From the NCBI GenBank assembly GCA_040380025.1, contig JBEIJY010000008.1, positions 30,710 to 94,709 of the forward strand: a stretch of 64,000 bases of DNA. The letters run 5' to 3'. The translations under genes and the position numbers were made by a program. This DNA comes from Bdellovibrionales bacterium (GTDB lineage: Bacteria > Bdellovibrionota > UBA1018 > CAIMNF01). The notes under the pieces were generated by a model. That model made no database searches. It had not been told where the DNA came from and saw only the letters and a program-made list of their open reading frames with translations. Within the stretch, counting starts at the first letter, position 1. Each line of letters opens with the position of its first letter. Positions 1 through 11,328 of this stretch are shown here, in pieces.

Positions 1-1
1 G

Positions 2-1724
<1,723 letters not shown>

Positions 1725-1745
1725 TTCCTGCAAAATCAGGAATCC

Positions 1746-2339
1746 ATGCGCTTCTTCTTGTCGTGGATTCTCGCGTCGCTGTTCTCGTGCAACTGCTTTG
1801 CGGACGGCTTTGACTGCCGCGCCCGCCACACCGGAATTTCCTTCCAGGTCCGGCACCACGATCGCGCCGGGGCCGGCACCCGCCGTCCGGAGTTCATGAC
1901 GGTGTCGGATCCGCTCGCGCCGCCGGAGTTCCAATGCCGGCTCGTGTTCCGGGATGAAAATCGGACCCTGAACTCTTCTGGGCCCGGGAAGTACCGCGGG
2001 CGGGTGGACTTGCGTTCGGTGAGCGCGTCCCTCAGGAGCGAATACCTTGCGGGAACCAGAATCGAGGAGCTCTCGGGAATTTTTCTCGAAATTCCATTTT
2101 CTTACCGGAGGGACGCTTTGCTTCTTTCTTCGCTGGTTCCCGAGATCCCGGGCAAGGTGGTGTACGAACGAAGAAACGGCGAACGGCTCGAAGAACCGGT
2201 TTCGTGCACGAGAATCAGGAAAGATCCGGAAGTGCCGCCTCTCGATCCCCCTGTCCCTCTCAAAGCCCTTCTCAAAGTCGAAGACACTCCCTATACTGGG
2301 AGCGCGACCTTATGCCGGATCCGAAAGAAAAACCGCTGA
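1746..2339 (+). CDS. Hypothetical secreted protein
   Basis: 197-aa ORF with N-terminal hydrophobic signal-like segment; fills gap after fadA. Confidence 0.55.
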   Translation: MRFFLSWILASLFSCNCFADGFDCRARHTGISFQVRHHDRAGAGTRRPEFMTVSDPLAPPEFQCRLVFRDENRTLNSSGPGKYRGRVDLRSVSASLRSEYLAGTRIEELSGIFLEIPFSYRRDALLLSSLVPEIPGKVVYERRNGERLEEPVSCTRIRKDPEVPPLDPPVPLKALLKVEDTPYTGSATLCRIRKKNR

Positions 2340-2755
2340 AGATCGACGGAAAAAAAGAAGCCTCCGAGCTCTTGCGCTCGCTTGATGCCGAAACCCGCGA
2401 GCGGATCCTGGCCGGAATCGCCACCCGCGATCCGGTCCTTGCCGAAACCCTGAAAAAAGGCATGGTGACCTTTGCGCATTTGCTTCAGCTTCCGGCGGCT
2501 TCGTTTCAAAGAATCCTCCGATCCCTTCCGCAAGGAACCGTCGCAAAGGCCACACGCGGAATGACGAAGGATGAAGAAATTAAATTCGCTTCACTGGTCT
2601 CAGGACGCCAAGGGGACGCCATTCGCGAGGAACGCGATGCGATCGGCCCCCAAAAGAAGTCCGACGTCGAGGCGGCAAGGCAGGTACTGATCGAAAAAGC
2701 CCGCGAGCTCCATGCCCGGGGCGAGATCGATCTCGATCACCAACCGAGGACGTAG
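2312..2755 (+). CDS. Stand-alone FliG C-terminal-domain-like protein
   Basis: G.KEASELL..LD..TRERIL..I..RDP.LAE.LK..MVTF and IREE...IGP.KKSDVEAA resemble FliG middle/C domain; GGGAG upstream of ATG 2312. Confidence 0.65.
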   Translation: MPDPKEKPLKIDGKKEASELLRSLDAETRERILAGIATRDPVLAETLKKGMVTFAHLLQLPAASFQRILRSLPQGTVAKATRGMTKDEEIKFASLVSGRQGDAIREERDAIGPQKKSDVEAARQVLIEKARELHARGEIDLDHQPRT

Positions 2756-3711
2756 GCGAACATGAGCGGGGCCACGATGGTGGCGTCCGACTCCACGATG
2801 AATTTCGGAGTGTCCACGCCGAGCTTCGCCCAGGTGATCTTTTCGTTCGGCACCGCTCCCGAATACGATCCGTAGCTCGTGGTGGAATCGCTGATCTGGC
2901 AGAAGTAACCCCAGAGCTTGGGATTGCGGTTCAAGTCCTTCTCGAGCATGGGAACCACGCAAATCGGGAAGTCCCCGGCGATCCCGCCGCCGATCTGGAA
3001 GAATCCGAGCGAGCAGTTGCCGCTGGTCACTTCAGTGTACCAGTCCGCAAGGCTCATCATGTACTCGATTCCGGTCTTCACGGTGTGCACGTTCTTCACG
3101 CGCTTTTCGACACAGTACGAGGCATACATGTTCCCGAGGGTCGAATCCTCCCAGCCCGGAACGACCATGGGGAGGTTCTTCTCGGCCGCGGCCAGCATCC
3201 AGCTGTTCTTCGGGTCGATCTGATAGTGGGGCTTGAACTTGCCCTTCAGGAGGGCGCGATAGAAGAACTCATGCGGAAAGCAACGCTCGCCCTTTGCTTC
3301 GGCCTCGAGCCACTCCTCTTCCATGATCCTCCAGATCTTCCGCATCGCCTCTTCCTCGGGGATGCAGGTATCGGTGACCCGGTTCAGATTGCGCTTCAGG
3401 AGCGCATGCTCCTGCTCGGGCGTCAGATCGCGGTAGTTCGGAATGCGCTCATAGTGATCGTGAGCGACGAGGTTGTAGATGTCTTCTTCGAGGTTCGCCC
3501 CGGTGCAGGAAATGCCATGGACCTTGCCCTGACGGATCATCTCGGCAAGCGAGAGACCGAGTTCCGCCGTGCTCATGGCACCGGCAAGAGTGACGAACAT
3601 TTTGTTGCCGCTCTCGATGTGCTTTTTATAGCCTTGCGCCGCATCCATCATCGCCGCCGCATTGAAGTGACGATAGTGATGTTCCATGAACTTGGTGATG
3701 TTTCCTGACAT
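2737..3711 (-). CDS. Deoxyhypusine synthase-like protein (probable polyamine aminobutyltransferase)
   Basis: TLAGAMS, TGANLEED, IGGGIAGDF, GSYSGAVPNEKITWAK with the conserved catalytic Lys of the DHS family. Confidence 0.88.
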   Translation of the reverse strand: MSGNITKFMEHHYRHFNAAAMMDAAQGYKKHIESGNKMFVTLAGAMSTAELGLSLAEMIRQGKVHGISCTGANLEEDIYNLVAHDHYERIPNYRDLTPEQEHALLKRNLNRVTDTCIPEEEAMRKIWRIMEEEWLEAEAKGERCFPHEFFYRALLKGKFKPHYQIDPKNSWMLAAAEKNLPMVVPGWEDSTLGNMYASYCVEKRVKNVHTVKTGIEYMMSLADWYTEVTSGNCSLGFFQIGGGIAGDFPICVVPMLEKDLNRNPKLWGYFCQISDSTTSYGSYSGAVPNEKITWAKLGVDTPKFIVESDATIVAPLMFAYVLGW

Positions 3712-3768
3712 GATTTTCTCCTTCGGATTCCTGATCAAAAACCCTTGATCAAAATTTACAAATTTTTC

Positions 3769-4266
3769 TCACGAACGGTCCGGGGCGCCCTGCTCTTCCG
3801 GCATCAGCCGTTTCAGGACTTCCCACGCCGCTTTTTTTCTTCCCGGTTCGGCCACCATGGCAGCCAGGGACTCGGTCACCGCCACGCGGAGTTCCGGAAG
3901 TTCCTGCGCGAGCCCATGAATCTCCTCGTCTCGCAACGCACCCGACCCGAAGAACACCAGCACGGCCGGATGATGGTCCCGGATGCGGTCCCGAAGATCG
4001 GAACCTCCGTGAAACAGCAAAACAGCCCGCTCAGGGGGAATCTTCATCGCCTCGAGGATTCTTCGAAGCAGCGCGCCCTCGGCGGATCCCGCAAATTCGG
4101 CCGCCCCTTCGGAAGGCTCTTCTGCGACAAACACCAAAGCGCTTCTATTTCGGACCTCTCGGGCCTCTCGGATCTCGAAGACCTCCCCGGTCTCCCGCCC
4201 CCGCTTTCCCATCACAAACGAATGGGGCGGCAGGAAGGATGCCAAAGAAGACCCTGAGCGATTCAT
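3769..4266 (-). CDS. Degenerate uracil-DNA glycosylase-fold protein
   Basis: LVFVAEEP...G.LL.RILEAM, P.VLV.FG, KK.AWE.L echo family-4 UDG; catalytic motifs not visible. Confidence 0.45.
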   Translation of the reverse strand: MNRSGSSLASFLPPHSFVMGKRGRETGEVFEIREAREVRNRSALVFVAEEPSEGAAEFAGSAEGALLRRILEAMKIPPERAVLLFHGGSDLRDRIRDHHPAVLVFFGSGALRDEEIHGLAQELPELRVAVTESLAAMVAEPGRKKAAWEVLKRLMPEEQGAPDRS

Positions 4267-4294
4267 GAGGCTCAGGTTTTAGCTTATTTTCGGC

Positions 4295-4564
4295 TTACTG
4301 TAAACGATGCAAAACCCGGCGGGCGTCGAGTCCGCATTCGGGGCAGGAGGCCTTCTCTTCGGTCAGATTGCGACTGAAGTCCGAGGCATGGATGAAATGA
4401 AGCCGCCCCCCGCAGATTCCGCAGTGGGAGAAGCCCTGGAGCACCCGCTCCATTCCGCCACCGGCAGGGGCGATCGAAGGAGTCGGGCCCTTCTGGAACT
4501 CGATCTCGGTGGGAAACTCGTCTGAAAGCTCCAAATCGTCGGTCATTTCATTGTGCTTGCTCAT
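4295..4564 (-). CDS. Small zinc-ribbon protein
   Basis: CGIC...CPEC pairs, acidic N-terminus, GGAGG upstream. Confidence 0.65.
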   Translation of the reverse strand: MSKHNEMTDDLELSDEFPTEIEFQKGPTPSIAPAGGGMERVLQGFSHCGICGGRLHFIHASDFSRNLTEEKASCPECGLDARRVLHRLQ

Positions 4565-4642
4565 TCGGCCGGCCTCCTTGTTCTGGATACTTCTTCGGGG
4601 GGAAGCCCCTGTTTCTGAATGGGAAATGATTGCCCTGCCCGG

Positions 4643-5131
4643 TCAACGCTTGGGTGGAATTAACACCGATGCCGGCAGCCGGCCGAGCGGCTCCTCGAAG
4701 CGCTCATACCCCTCGGTTTCAAGGGCGGAAACCGAAACCATGTGTTCGGTATTGTCCTCAAGCTCAATCATTTGACGGGAACCGCAGGAGTCCTTCGAGA
4801 CCTCCATAATGTAGCGCCCCGGGGGGGCGGTCATGCTGAAGCGGCCAGAACGGTCACTCTCGGTCTCGACCTGGTTCTGCCCGCCATCGAACAGCCCGGT
4901 CAGGCGGACCCGGTAGTAGCCCGCACCGCACTTCTCGGCCCGCTCGATGACTCCGGAGAGTCGCGCAGGCAGGAGCGTCTTTTCGCCTCCTCCGCCCGAT
5001 GCAGCAGCGCCGGATTTGCCGAAAAGCGGAAACGAGCAGGAGTACCCCGAGAGGGTCAGCATCACGAGAGCTACGATTGCCGTCTTCTTGCGTCCTTCCG
5101 CCATCAACTGACTATCGGAGACCGGAATCAA
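4643..5131 (-). CDS. Putative lipoprotein with carboxypeptidase-regulatory-like beta-sandwich
   Basis: Hydrophobic stretch then GYSC; ESD.SG.FS...PPG.Y...VSK pattern; start uncertain. Confidence 0.55.
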   Translation of the reverse strand: MIPVSDSQLMAEGRKKTAIVALVMLTLSGYSCSFPLFGKSGAAASGGGGEKTLLPARLSGVIERAEKCGAGYYRVRLTGLFDGGQNQVETESDRSGRFSMTAPPGRYIMEVSKDSCGSRQMIELEDNTEHMVSVSALETEGYERFEEPLGRLPASVLIPPKR

Positions 5132-5165
5132 AACATTGAGTGTTTCATGAAAAAAACCGTCGCGG

Positions 5166-5873
5166 TCACTCCGGACACACCGGTGTGTGGATGATATCCG
5201 TGCGCAAGAACTCGTTCACCCTCTCGAAGATCGAATCAAACATGGGCTCGGTGAGCTTCCCCGTGAACGTGTTCTGCTGGCTCGGATGATACGAACAAAT
5301 CAAAAGCCTGCCATCGCGGAGTCTCACGGCCTGACCGTGCTGGAACTTCGGAAGCGCACGCGAGGGCTTCTCGCCGTCGGGAAGAACCGCCCAAAGGCCC
5401 CGGAGCGCAATCTGCCCGAGCACCAAGAAAACCCGCACGTTCCGCAAAATCGCAAGCTCATCGCGCAAAAAGCCCGAGCAGTTCGCGATTTCCTCTTTGG
5501 AGGGCTTGTTGTCGGGGGGCGCGCACCGGGCCACGGTGGTCACATAGGCATCCCGGAGCGTGAGCCCGTCCAGGACGTGCTCGCTCTTCGGCTGATTGGC
5601 GAATCCCGCCCGATGAAGCGCCCGATACAGCCAAAGCCCGGACTGATCGCCCGTGAACATCCGGCCTGTGCGGTTCCCCCCGTGGGCGGCGGGAGCAAGG
5701 CCCACCACCAAAAGACGCGCACGGGGATCCCCGAAACCCGGCACGGGTTTTCCCCAATATTCTTCTTCCCGGAATTGTTTTCGTTTTTCTTTTGCGATGA
5801 TCGCGCAATGCGCGCGAAGTCTCGGACACCGCTCACACCCAATCACGCTGCGGTTCAAAGCAGAGAGACTCAC
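5166..5873 (-). CDS. Uracil-DNA glycosylase, family 5 (UdgB-type)
   Basis: CxxCPRL Fe-S motif, GLAPAAHGGNRTGR.FTGD, YHPSQQN. Confidence 0.92.
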   Translation of the reverse strand: MSLSALNRSVIGCERCPRLRAHCAIIAKEKRKQFREEEYWGKPVPGFGDPRARLLVVGLAPAAHGGNRTGRMFTGDQSGLWLYRALHRAGFANQPKSEHVLDGLTLRDAYVTTVARCAPPDNKPSKEEIANCSGFLRDELAILRNVRVFLVLGQIALRGLWAVLPDGEKPSRALPKFQHGQAVRLRDGRLLICSYHPSQQNTFTGKLTEPMFDSIFERVNEFLRTDIIHTPVCPE

Positions 5874-6547
5874 GAGGGGCTGATCTCCCGCCTCTCGCCC
5901 GGCTTCAAATCGCCCAGCTCATACTCCCCGATCCGCACTCGCTTCAGCCGGACCACGGCAAGCCCCACTGCCCCGAACATCCGTCTCACGAAGCGATTCC
6001 GGCCCTCGCTCACGGTGGCCAGGAACGTTTGATGGTCACGGATCACCGTCAGAGAATCGAAGCGGCCCGGGCCGTCCGACAGCTCCACCGAAGAGCACAG
6101 TGTGCCGGCATAGCCGTCTACACCCCTTCCTTCGACTTCGACCTCGTACACCTTCTGGATTCCATAGCGGGGATGCGTGAGCCGAAGGAGCAGATCGCCA
6201 TCCTCGGTCATCAGCAAAAGCCCTTCGGAATCAAAATCCAGGCGCCCCACCGGGTTCACGCCGGGAACATCGCGAAAAAAATCCATCACCGTGGGCCGTC
6301 CCTCGGGATCGGACTTGGTGGTCATCACTCCCCGTGGCTTATGAAAAAGAAAGGTTCGTTTTTTTGCAGGAGGCCGAACAGGAACTCCATCCAGAGTCAG
6401 AAGGTCGTCGTCGGTGACCGAGCGGCCGAGATCGGTGAAGACCTCGCCATTCACGGCAACCCGGCCATTCCGGATCGCCTCCTCGGCCCTTCTGCGACTC
6501 AGGAGTCCGCTTGCCGCAATCCGTTTGTGCGCTCGTTCTGATTTCAT
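5870..6547 (-). CDS. rluB: rRNA pseudouridine synthase, RsuA/RluB family
   Basis: N-terminal S4 domain (SRRRAEE), HKPRG, GRLD catalytic motif, EGRNR. Confidence 0.85.
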   Translation of the reverse strand: MKSERAHKRIAASGLLSRRRAEEAIRNGRVAVNGEVFTDLGRSVTDDDLLTLDGVPVRPPAKKRTFLFHKPRGVMTTKSDPEGRPTVMDFFRDVPGVNPVGRLDFDSEGLLLMTEDGDLLLRLTHPRYGIQKVYEVEVEGRGVDGYAGTLCSSVELSDGPGRFDSLTVIRDHQTFLATVSEGRNRFVRRMFGAVGLAVVRLKRVRIGEYELGDLKPGERREISPS

Positions 6548-6550
6548 GAT

Positions 6551-6593
6551 CTCAAAATGAATCAGGCCGGATCGATCCGATCCGGCCTGATTC
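6551..6593 (-). terminator. Perfect 16-bp stem hairpin; probable intrinsic terminator
   Basis: GAATCAGGCCGGATCG-ATC-CGATCCGGCCTGATTC at 6559-6593, followed by ATTTT on the minus strand. Confidence 0.7.
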
Positions 6594-6616
6594 CGCTCTA
6601 GAATGAATCCTAAGAC

Positions 6617-6808
6617 TTACTTCTTCGCCTTCTTCTTGCGGAACGCGACTTTTTTGTCTGCCGATCGCTTCGACTTTCCGGCAAAGAGGGCTTTTGCGAA
6701 CTCTTTGTCGTTCTGGACTTTGGCTTTTCTCTTATCGCGGCCCATTTTTTTCAGGGAACGGCGTCCGAGTTTCGATTTCGACGTAGTGGAAGTGGTGGTT
6801 GCAGTCAT
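6617..6808 (-). CDS. Small very basic (Lys/Arg-rich) protein
   Basis: 63 aa, AAGGAG SD, follows ahpC co-directionally. Confidence 0.75.
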   Translation of the reverse strand: MTATTTSTTSKSKLGRRSLKKMGRDKRKAKVQNDKEFAKALFAGKSKRSADKKVAFRKKKAKK

Positions 6809-6822
6809 GACTTACTCCTTGA

Positions 6823-7353
6823 TTACTTCTTGGTCAGAGTCGCCTGACCGGGTTTCCAATTCACAGGACACAGCTCGCCTGTCTGAAGGGCTTGAAGGGT
6901 GCGAAGCACCTCGTCGACCGAACGGCCCACTCCAAGAGCATTCACGCTCATCGACTGGAGAACGCCATTCGGATCGATCAGAAACGTTCCACGCAGAGAG
7001 ATTCCCTTGTCCTCAACCAACACACCATAATTCCGCGAAACGGAATGATTGGTGTCGGCAAGAACGGGGAACTTCACTTCGGGAAGATCCTTTTCAAACC
7101 ACGCTTTGTGGGAGTGCTGGCTGTCGGTCGAGCAACCGATGATCTGGCAACCTGCCTCCAAAAACTGTTTTTCGAGATTTGCGAAACCGCGGATCTCGGT
7201 CGGACACACGAACGTGAAGTCCAACGGATAAAAGAACAAGCAAACCCATTTTCCTTTGTAATCTTTGAGGGCAACTTCGTCTTTGAACTGTCCTGCGACA
7301 TAGGCAGGGGCTTTAAACTCGGGAGCTGCTTGGCCCACTTTCAGATTCCACAT
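6823..7353 (-). CDS. ahpC: 2-Cys peroxiredoxin (AhpC/Prx1)
   Basis: FYPLDFTFVCPTE and GELCPVNW motifs. Confidence 0.93.
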   Translation of the reverse strand: MWNLKVGQAAPEFKAPAYVAGQFKDEVALKDYKGKWVCLFFYPLDFTFVCPTEIRGFANLEKQFLEAGCQIIGCSTDSQHSHKAWFEKDLPEVKFPVLADTNHSVSRNYGVLVEDKGISLRGTFLIDPNGVLQSMSVNALGVGRSVDEVLRTLQALQTGELCPVNWKPGQATLTKK

Positions 7354-7440
7354 CTCGGGTTGTTCCTTTCTCTTAGGTTCTGTTTGGTCAAATTTTGAAT
7401 TTCATTACTCTAATGGCACAGCTACACTCTGACAAGAGAA

Positions 7441-8133
7441 ATGAAAAAACCCGTTTCCTTGAGTCGACATTTTCTTGCTGTGCTCGTGCCGGGCGTCCTC
7501 TACGGTGGACTGTTCCTGGCACGCCCCCTTTGGTTTGATCCGCATTGCTCCCGCACCCCTGAGCTGTGCTCCCCCGGATCCCTGAACGGGATGGAGCGGC
7601 TGGCGTTCTCCTACCAGTCCGTATTCGCGGATTTCTGCTCGAATGTCCTGCAAAACTCGGTCGGTGCGGTCGCGTTCCTCCTGCCCTGGGCGATTCTCCG
7701 GCCTTGGTCTGGCGCACTCCGGATGAACTCGATTCTTCTTTCGATGACCCTTTGGAACGGGGTTCTGCTCGAGCTTGTCCGCGCACTGATCCAGCGTCCA
7801 AGACCCCAAGTCTGGGGCGCGCCGCTCACCGAGGGACAAAACATCCACCTGTATACGTCTTTTTATTCGGGGCACACGAGCTTTGTGGCGCTCGCCACGC
7901 TCTTCACCGCACTTTGGATCCGATCCGAAAAACCGGCATGGATTGCTCCCTTCCGGATTGCGGTGATCAGCCATGCGATCCTGACCCTCTCGACGGGGGC
8001 GCTCCGGGTTGCCGGAGGACGGCACTTTCCGAGCGACGTGATCGCAGGTTGGATCTTCGGAGCCTTCGTTTGTCTCGCGGTCTTTCGTTCTTCCCGGGGG
8101 TCCGGACGAAATCAGCCGTCCGACTCGATCTGA
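7441..8133 (+). CDS. PAP2-family membrane phosphatase
   Basis: RPRP, SF.SGH, R..GG.HFPSDV..G motifs with TM segments. Confidence 0.85.
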   Translation: MKKPVSLSRHFLAVLVPGVLYGGLFLARPLWFDPHCSRTPELCSPGSLNGMERLAFSYQSVFADFCSNVLQNSVGAVAFLLPWAILRPWSGALRMNSILLSMTLWNGVLLELVRALIQRPRPQVWGAPLTEGQNIHLYTSFYSGHTSFVALATLFTALWIRSEKPAWIAPFRIAVISHAILTLSTGALRVAGGRHFPSDVIAGWIFGAFVCLAVFRSSRGSGRNQPSDSI

Positions 8134-8666
8134 TCGTGTTTCAGCTCCTCACCGGGCTTCACACCGCGGCAGTTCACGATTTTTGCCGGAATTCCCGTGG
8201 CGGTGCAGTGCTCGGGCACATCCTTGATGACCACCGAATTCGCTCCTACGCGGGCGTGGTCTCCGATCCGGATGTTGCCGAGGATTTTCGCCCCGGCCCC
8301 CACGACCACGTGGTTTCCGAGCGTAGGATGCCGCTTGACGGGGTTCAGATCGACCCCTCCGAGCGTCACCCCGTGATACAGAATGCAATCATCGCCGATC
8401 TCGGCGGTCTCTCCGATCACAAGTCCCATGCCATGATCGATGATCAGATTCCTGCCGATTTTCGCCCCGGGATGGATGTCAATACCGGTCAAAAACCGGT
8501 TGAGCTCGCTGATCGCCCGCGGAAAGAACGGGACCCCCCAGGTATGAAGCCGATGCGCCAAACGATGAAAGACCACTGCCTTCACGCCGGGATACAAAAG
8601 CACCACTTCAAGCGGGCTTCGCGTTGCCGGATCGTACTTCAGGTAGGAGCGGATCAAACCGGGCAT
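8112..8666 (-). CDS. cysE: Serine O-acetyltransferase
   Basis: [26 protein letters not shown] hexapeptide repeats; TGATG coupling with fabI. Confidence 0.92.
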   Translation of the reverse strand: MPGLIRSYLKYDPATRSPLEVVLLYPGVKAVVFHRLAHRLHTWGVPFFPRAISELNRFLTGIDIHPGAKIGRNLIIDHGMGLVIGETAEIGDDCILYHGVTLGGVDLNPVKRHPTLGNHVVVGAGAKILGNIRIGDHARVGANSVVIKDVPEHCTATGIPAKIVNCRGVKPGEELKHDQIESDG

Positions 8667-9439
8667 CAGGATCCCATGATGTTGAATCCGGAATCGACGT
8701 ACAAGAGGTTTCCGGTCATGTGACGTGCTCCGTCCTGACACAAAAATGCGGCAAGAGCGCCGATGTCCTCGGGAGACACGTTTTCATGGAGAGGGGATTT
8801 TTCTTCGATCTGGCTCAGGATATCGCGAAAATTCGAGATCCCGCCCGCCGCGGCAAGGGTCTTGATCGGTCCGGCCGAGATCGCATGAACGCGGATCTTC
8901 TGTCTTCCGAGATCATGGGCAAGATACCGGACCGAAGCCTCGAGTGCCGCCTTCGCAACGCCCATGACGTTGTAGCCGGGAATCACCTTCTCTGAGCCAT
9001 AATAGGTGAGCGTCAGGATCGTTCCACCGGTCTCGGGCATGAGCTTCGAGGCTTCCCGGGCGGTCGCAATCAGAGAATAAGCACTGATGTCGAGGGCGAG
9101 CTTGAATCCGGCACGGGTGGTGTCGACAAAGCGGCCGTGGAGGTCTTCCTTCCCGGCGAACGCAACCGAGTGGACCAGGATGTCGAGACCGCCCCATTTT
9201 TCTTTCACTTTGCTGAAAAGCGCCGAGATCTGCTCGTCGCTTGAGACATCGCAGGGCTCGATGATCTCGGCCCCGAGACTCTCGGCCAGGGGACGGACCC
9301 TGCGCTCGAGGGATTCACCGAGAAAATTGAATGCGAGCTTCACGCCCTCCGCATGAAGGGCCTGCGCGATCCCCCATGCGATGGAGCGATCGTTTGCAAG
9401 ACCAAGAATCAGTGCTTTTTTACCTTTCAGAGAACTCAT
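8666..9439 (-). CDS. fabI: Enoyl-ACP reductase
   Basis: [33 protein letters not shown]. Confidence 0.95.
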   Translation of the reverse strand: MSSLKGKKALILGLANDRSIAWGIAQALHAEGVKLAFNFLGESLERRVRPLAESLGAEIIEPCDVSSDEQISALFSKVKEKWGGLDILVHSVAFAGKEDLHGRFVDTTRAGFKLALDISAYSLIATAREASKLMPETGGTILTLTYYGSEKVIPGYNVMGVAKAALEASVRYLAHDLGRQKIRVHAISAGPIKTLAAAGGISNFRDILSQIEEKSPLHENVSPEDIGALAAFLCQDGARHMTGNLLYVDSGFNIMGS

Positions 9440-9470
9440 GATGAAAACTGCTTCCTTTCAAAACGAAAAT

Positions 9471-10001
9471 CTAGATGCAAAGTGCGCCGGCCACTTGAAA
9501 ATACGGGTAAATCTGGCTCCGAAACGACTGGGAAATGAACGAGAGAGGACAAACCGCCGATCCGTTCAACAGAACCTGCAAGGTCACCATTCCGGATCCC
9601 ACGAAGGTTCCGATGATCTGTCCCGACACGACCATATCGCCCGACCGAACCGTGGGTATCACACCGGCAATCCGGGTCGCAAGTCTTCCGGAGTGGGCGA
9701 TGGTCACGAAAGTGGAATTGGTGGCAGTGTCCGTTCCAAGCGAGCTGACCACCCCTTTCGCCGGAGCGAGAACATTGCCTCCGAAGAAAAAACCCTGGGT
9801 GAATGCCCAATAAGGGCTTTGCGAGGTGAATCCGTTGACCACAATCGCGGGCCCCCCGGTTCCGAATGCGAAAATCGGCTCAAGAGCCGGCGGATTGGTA
9901 TCGCCGAACACCGAGAGGGGGTCAACATTTCCACAGCCGGGGCTCCCGAGGAGAAACCCGAAAAGCACAGTCAACAACGAAATCCGATGAAACACTTTCA
10001 T
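9471..10001 (-). CDS. Lipoprotein with degenerate M23/LytM-like domain
   Basis: Lipobox-like PGC; VLAPA.GVV, V.I.H, V..GD.V..GQ.IG, NG..V.P; metal-ligand motifs absent. Confidence 0.6.
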   Translation of the reverse strand: MKVFHRISLLTVLFGFLLGSPGCGNVDPLSVFGDTNPPALEPIFAFGTGGPAIVVNGFTSQSPYWAFTQGFFFGGNVLAPAKGVVSSLGTDTATNSTFVTIAHSGRLATRIAGVIPTVRSGDMVVSGQIIGTFVGSGMVTLQVLLNGSAVCPLSFISQSFRSQIYPYFQVAGALCI

Positions 10002-10017
10002 GACCGATTCCTCCGTC

Positions 10018-10578
10018 TTAGAATTGGAATCCCGCCCCCACTGTGTATGCGAGATAACTCATGCTGGTGCGTCCGACAATGTAGGTGACCGGCATCCTGA
10101 AAAAGATCGAGATCCCCGAGGCAATCTCGTATTCGACTTTGGCCCGGAACTGTCCGGCAAAATACCCGTAGGACCGATAACTGGTGGCTCCCGGGGCGTT
10201 CACATACGAAATCGCGGCTCCGATTCCGATTCCGATTTCGGTAGTCAGGCCATCGGCGATCTTCCCGGGAAGACCGATTCCGGCAATCAAGGGAACCAAA
10301 CGAAAACTCGAGGCAGGATCCGACTCAAGCGTGAACGAGGCATAACTCACGCTCAGGTAATTCGTGAGCTCATCCGCAAGCACGGGGTCCAGGGTGAGCG
10401 TGCTCCCGAATCCGAAGTTCGACCGGAAGTTCTGTGCAATGGATCCCACCGCAACCGGATACTCGAGCGCAGCATCGATCTTCGGTGCTGCGGATGCCAT
10501 CGATGCCACCAAGGAAACCCAACCGAGCATCATCCCGGCGAGAACGACTGTCACCTTTGACCTTGATTTTTGCCTCAT
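10018..10578 (-). CDS. Putative small outer-membrane beta-barrel protein
   Basis: Signal peptide, alternating amphipathic strands, C-terminal GAGFQF. Confidence 0.7.
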   Translation of the reverse strand: MRQKSRSKVTVVLAGMMLGWVSLVASMASAAPKIDAALEYPVAVGSIAQNFRSNFGFGSTLTLDPVLADELTNYLSVSYASFTLESDPASSFRLVPLIAGIGLPGKIADGLTTEIGIGIGAAISYVNAPGATSYRSYGYFAGQFRAKVEYEIASGISIFFRMPVTYIVGRTSMSYLAYTVGAGFQF

Positions 10579-10659
10579 GCTATGAGTTTAGCCCAACGAA
10601 AGTCAGATTGAAAACGAATACCTGTAAAATTTTCCCCGCCGGGGATACCCTTCTCTCCG

Positions 10660-11328
10660 ATGCTCCGGGTGATTTTCGAAGATGATTGGATTCTGGCCGT
10701 CAACAAGCCGAGCGGAATGCCCTCCGCATCCCACGGCAAGGAAGGCCAGATCACGGCCGAGGACGCGATCCGCGTAACTCGACTGGGAACTCCGCCGATT
10801 CTTTGTCACCGTCTCGACACCGGGACGAGCGGAGTGCTGCTTTTTGCCAAATCGCAGGAGATTCACGCGGAGATCCGCTCCCGCTTCCAAAACCGTCAAA
10901 TTCACAAACACTACACGGCTTACTGTTCCGCCGCTCCGTTTTTTCAGATCGAAAAGATCAGGACTCCGTTCCGGATCGAAACCCCTCTTGCCCATCATCC
11001 GAAGAGTGCGAAACGGATGATCCCCCTTCCCGAAGGGCTTCGCAGAAGCCACCGGGGCAAGCCGCTTCCGGCACTCACTTGGATTGATCAATTGTCGAAG
11101 GCTGTTTTTTTGAACACGCCCTGCCTTCGCGTCGATGTCCGGATCGAAACCGGAGTCATGCACCAGATCCGTGTGCATCTCTCCCATCTCGGCCTTCCGA
11201 TCCTCGGGGATCCCCTTTACGGCGCAACGACTCCGGATCCGGGAAGACTTGCCCTCCATGCCCGGAAGATCGCATTTGAATTACGTGGATTTCGCTATGA
11301 AATCGAGGCGGATCCCGATCACTGCTGA
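10660..11328 (+). CDS. RluA-family pseudouridine synthase
   Basis: VNKPSG, HRLD..TSG, TG..HQIRVH, GDPLYG, LHA. Confidence 0.92.
   Translation: MLRVIFEDDWILAVNKPSGMPSASHGKEGQITAEDAIRVTRLGTPPILCHRLDTGTSGVLLFAKSQEIHAEIRSRFQNRQIHKHYTAYCSAAPFFQIEKIRTPFRIETPLAHHPKSAKRMIPLPEGLRRSHRGKPLPALTWIDQLSKAVFLNTPCLRVDVRIETGVMHQIRVHLSHLGLPILGDPLYGATTPDPGRLALHARKIAFELRGFRYEIEADPDHC

Noticed and set aside
8112..8133. Convergent 3' overlaps (also 2737-2755, 11319-11328, 31718-31741) as a regulatory system
   Set aside because: Short tail-to-tail overlaps are ordinary in compact genomes; no further evidence
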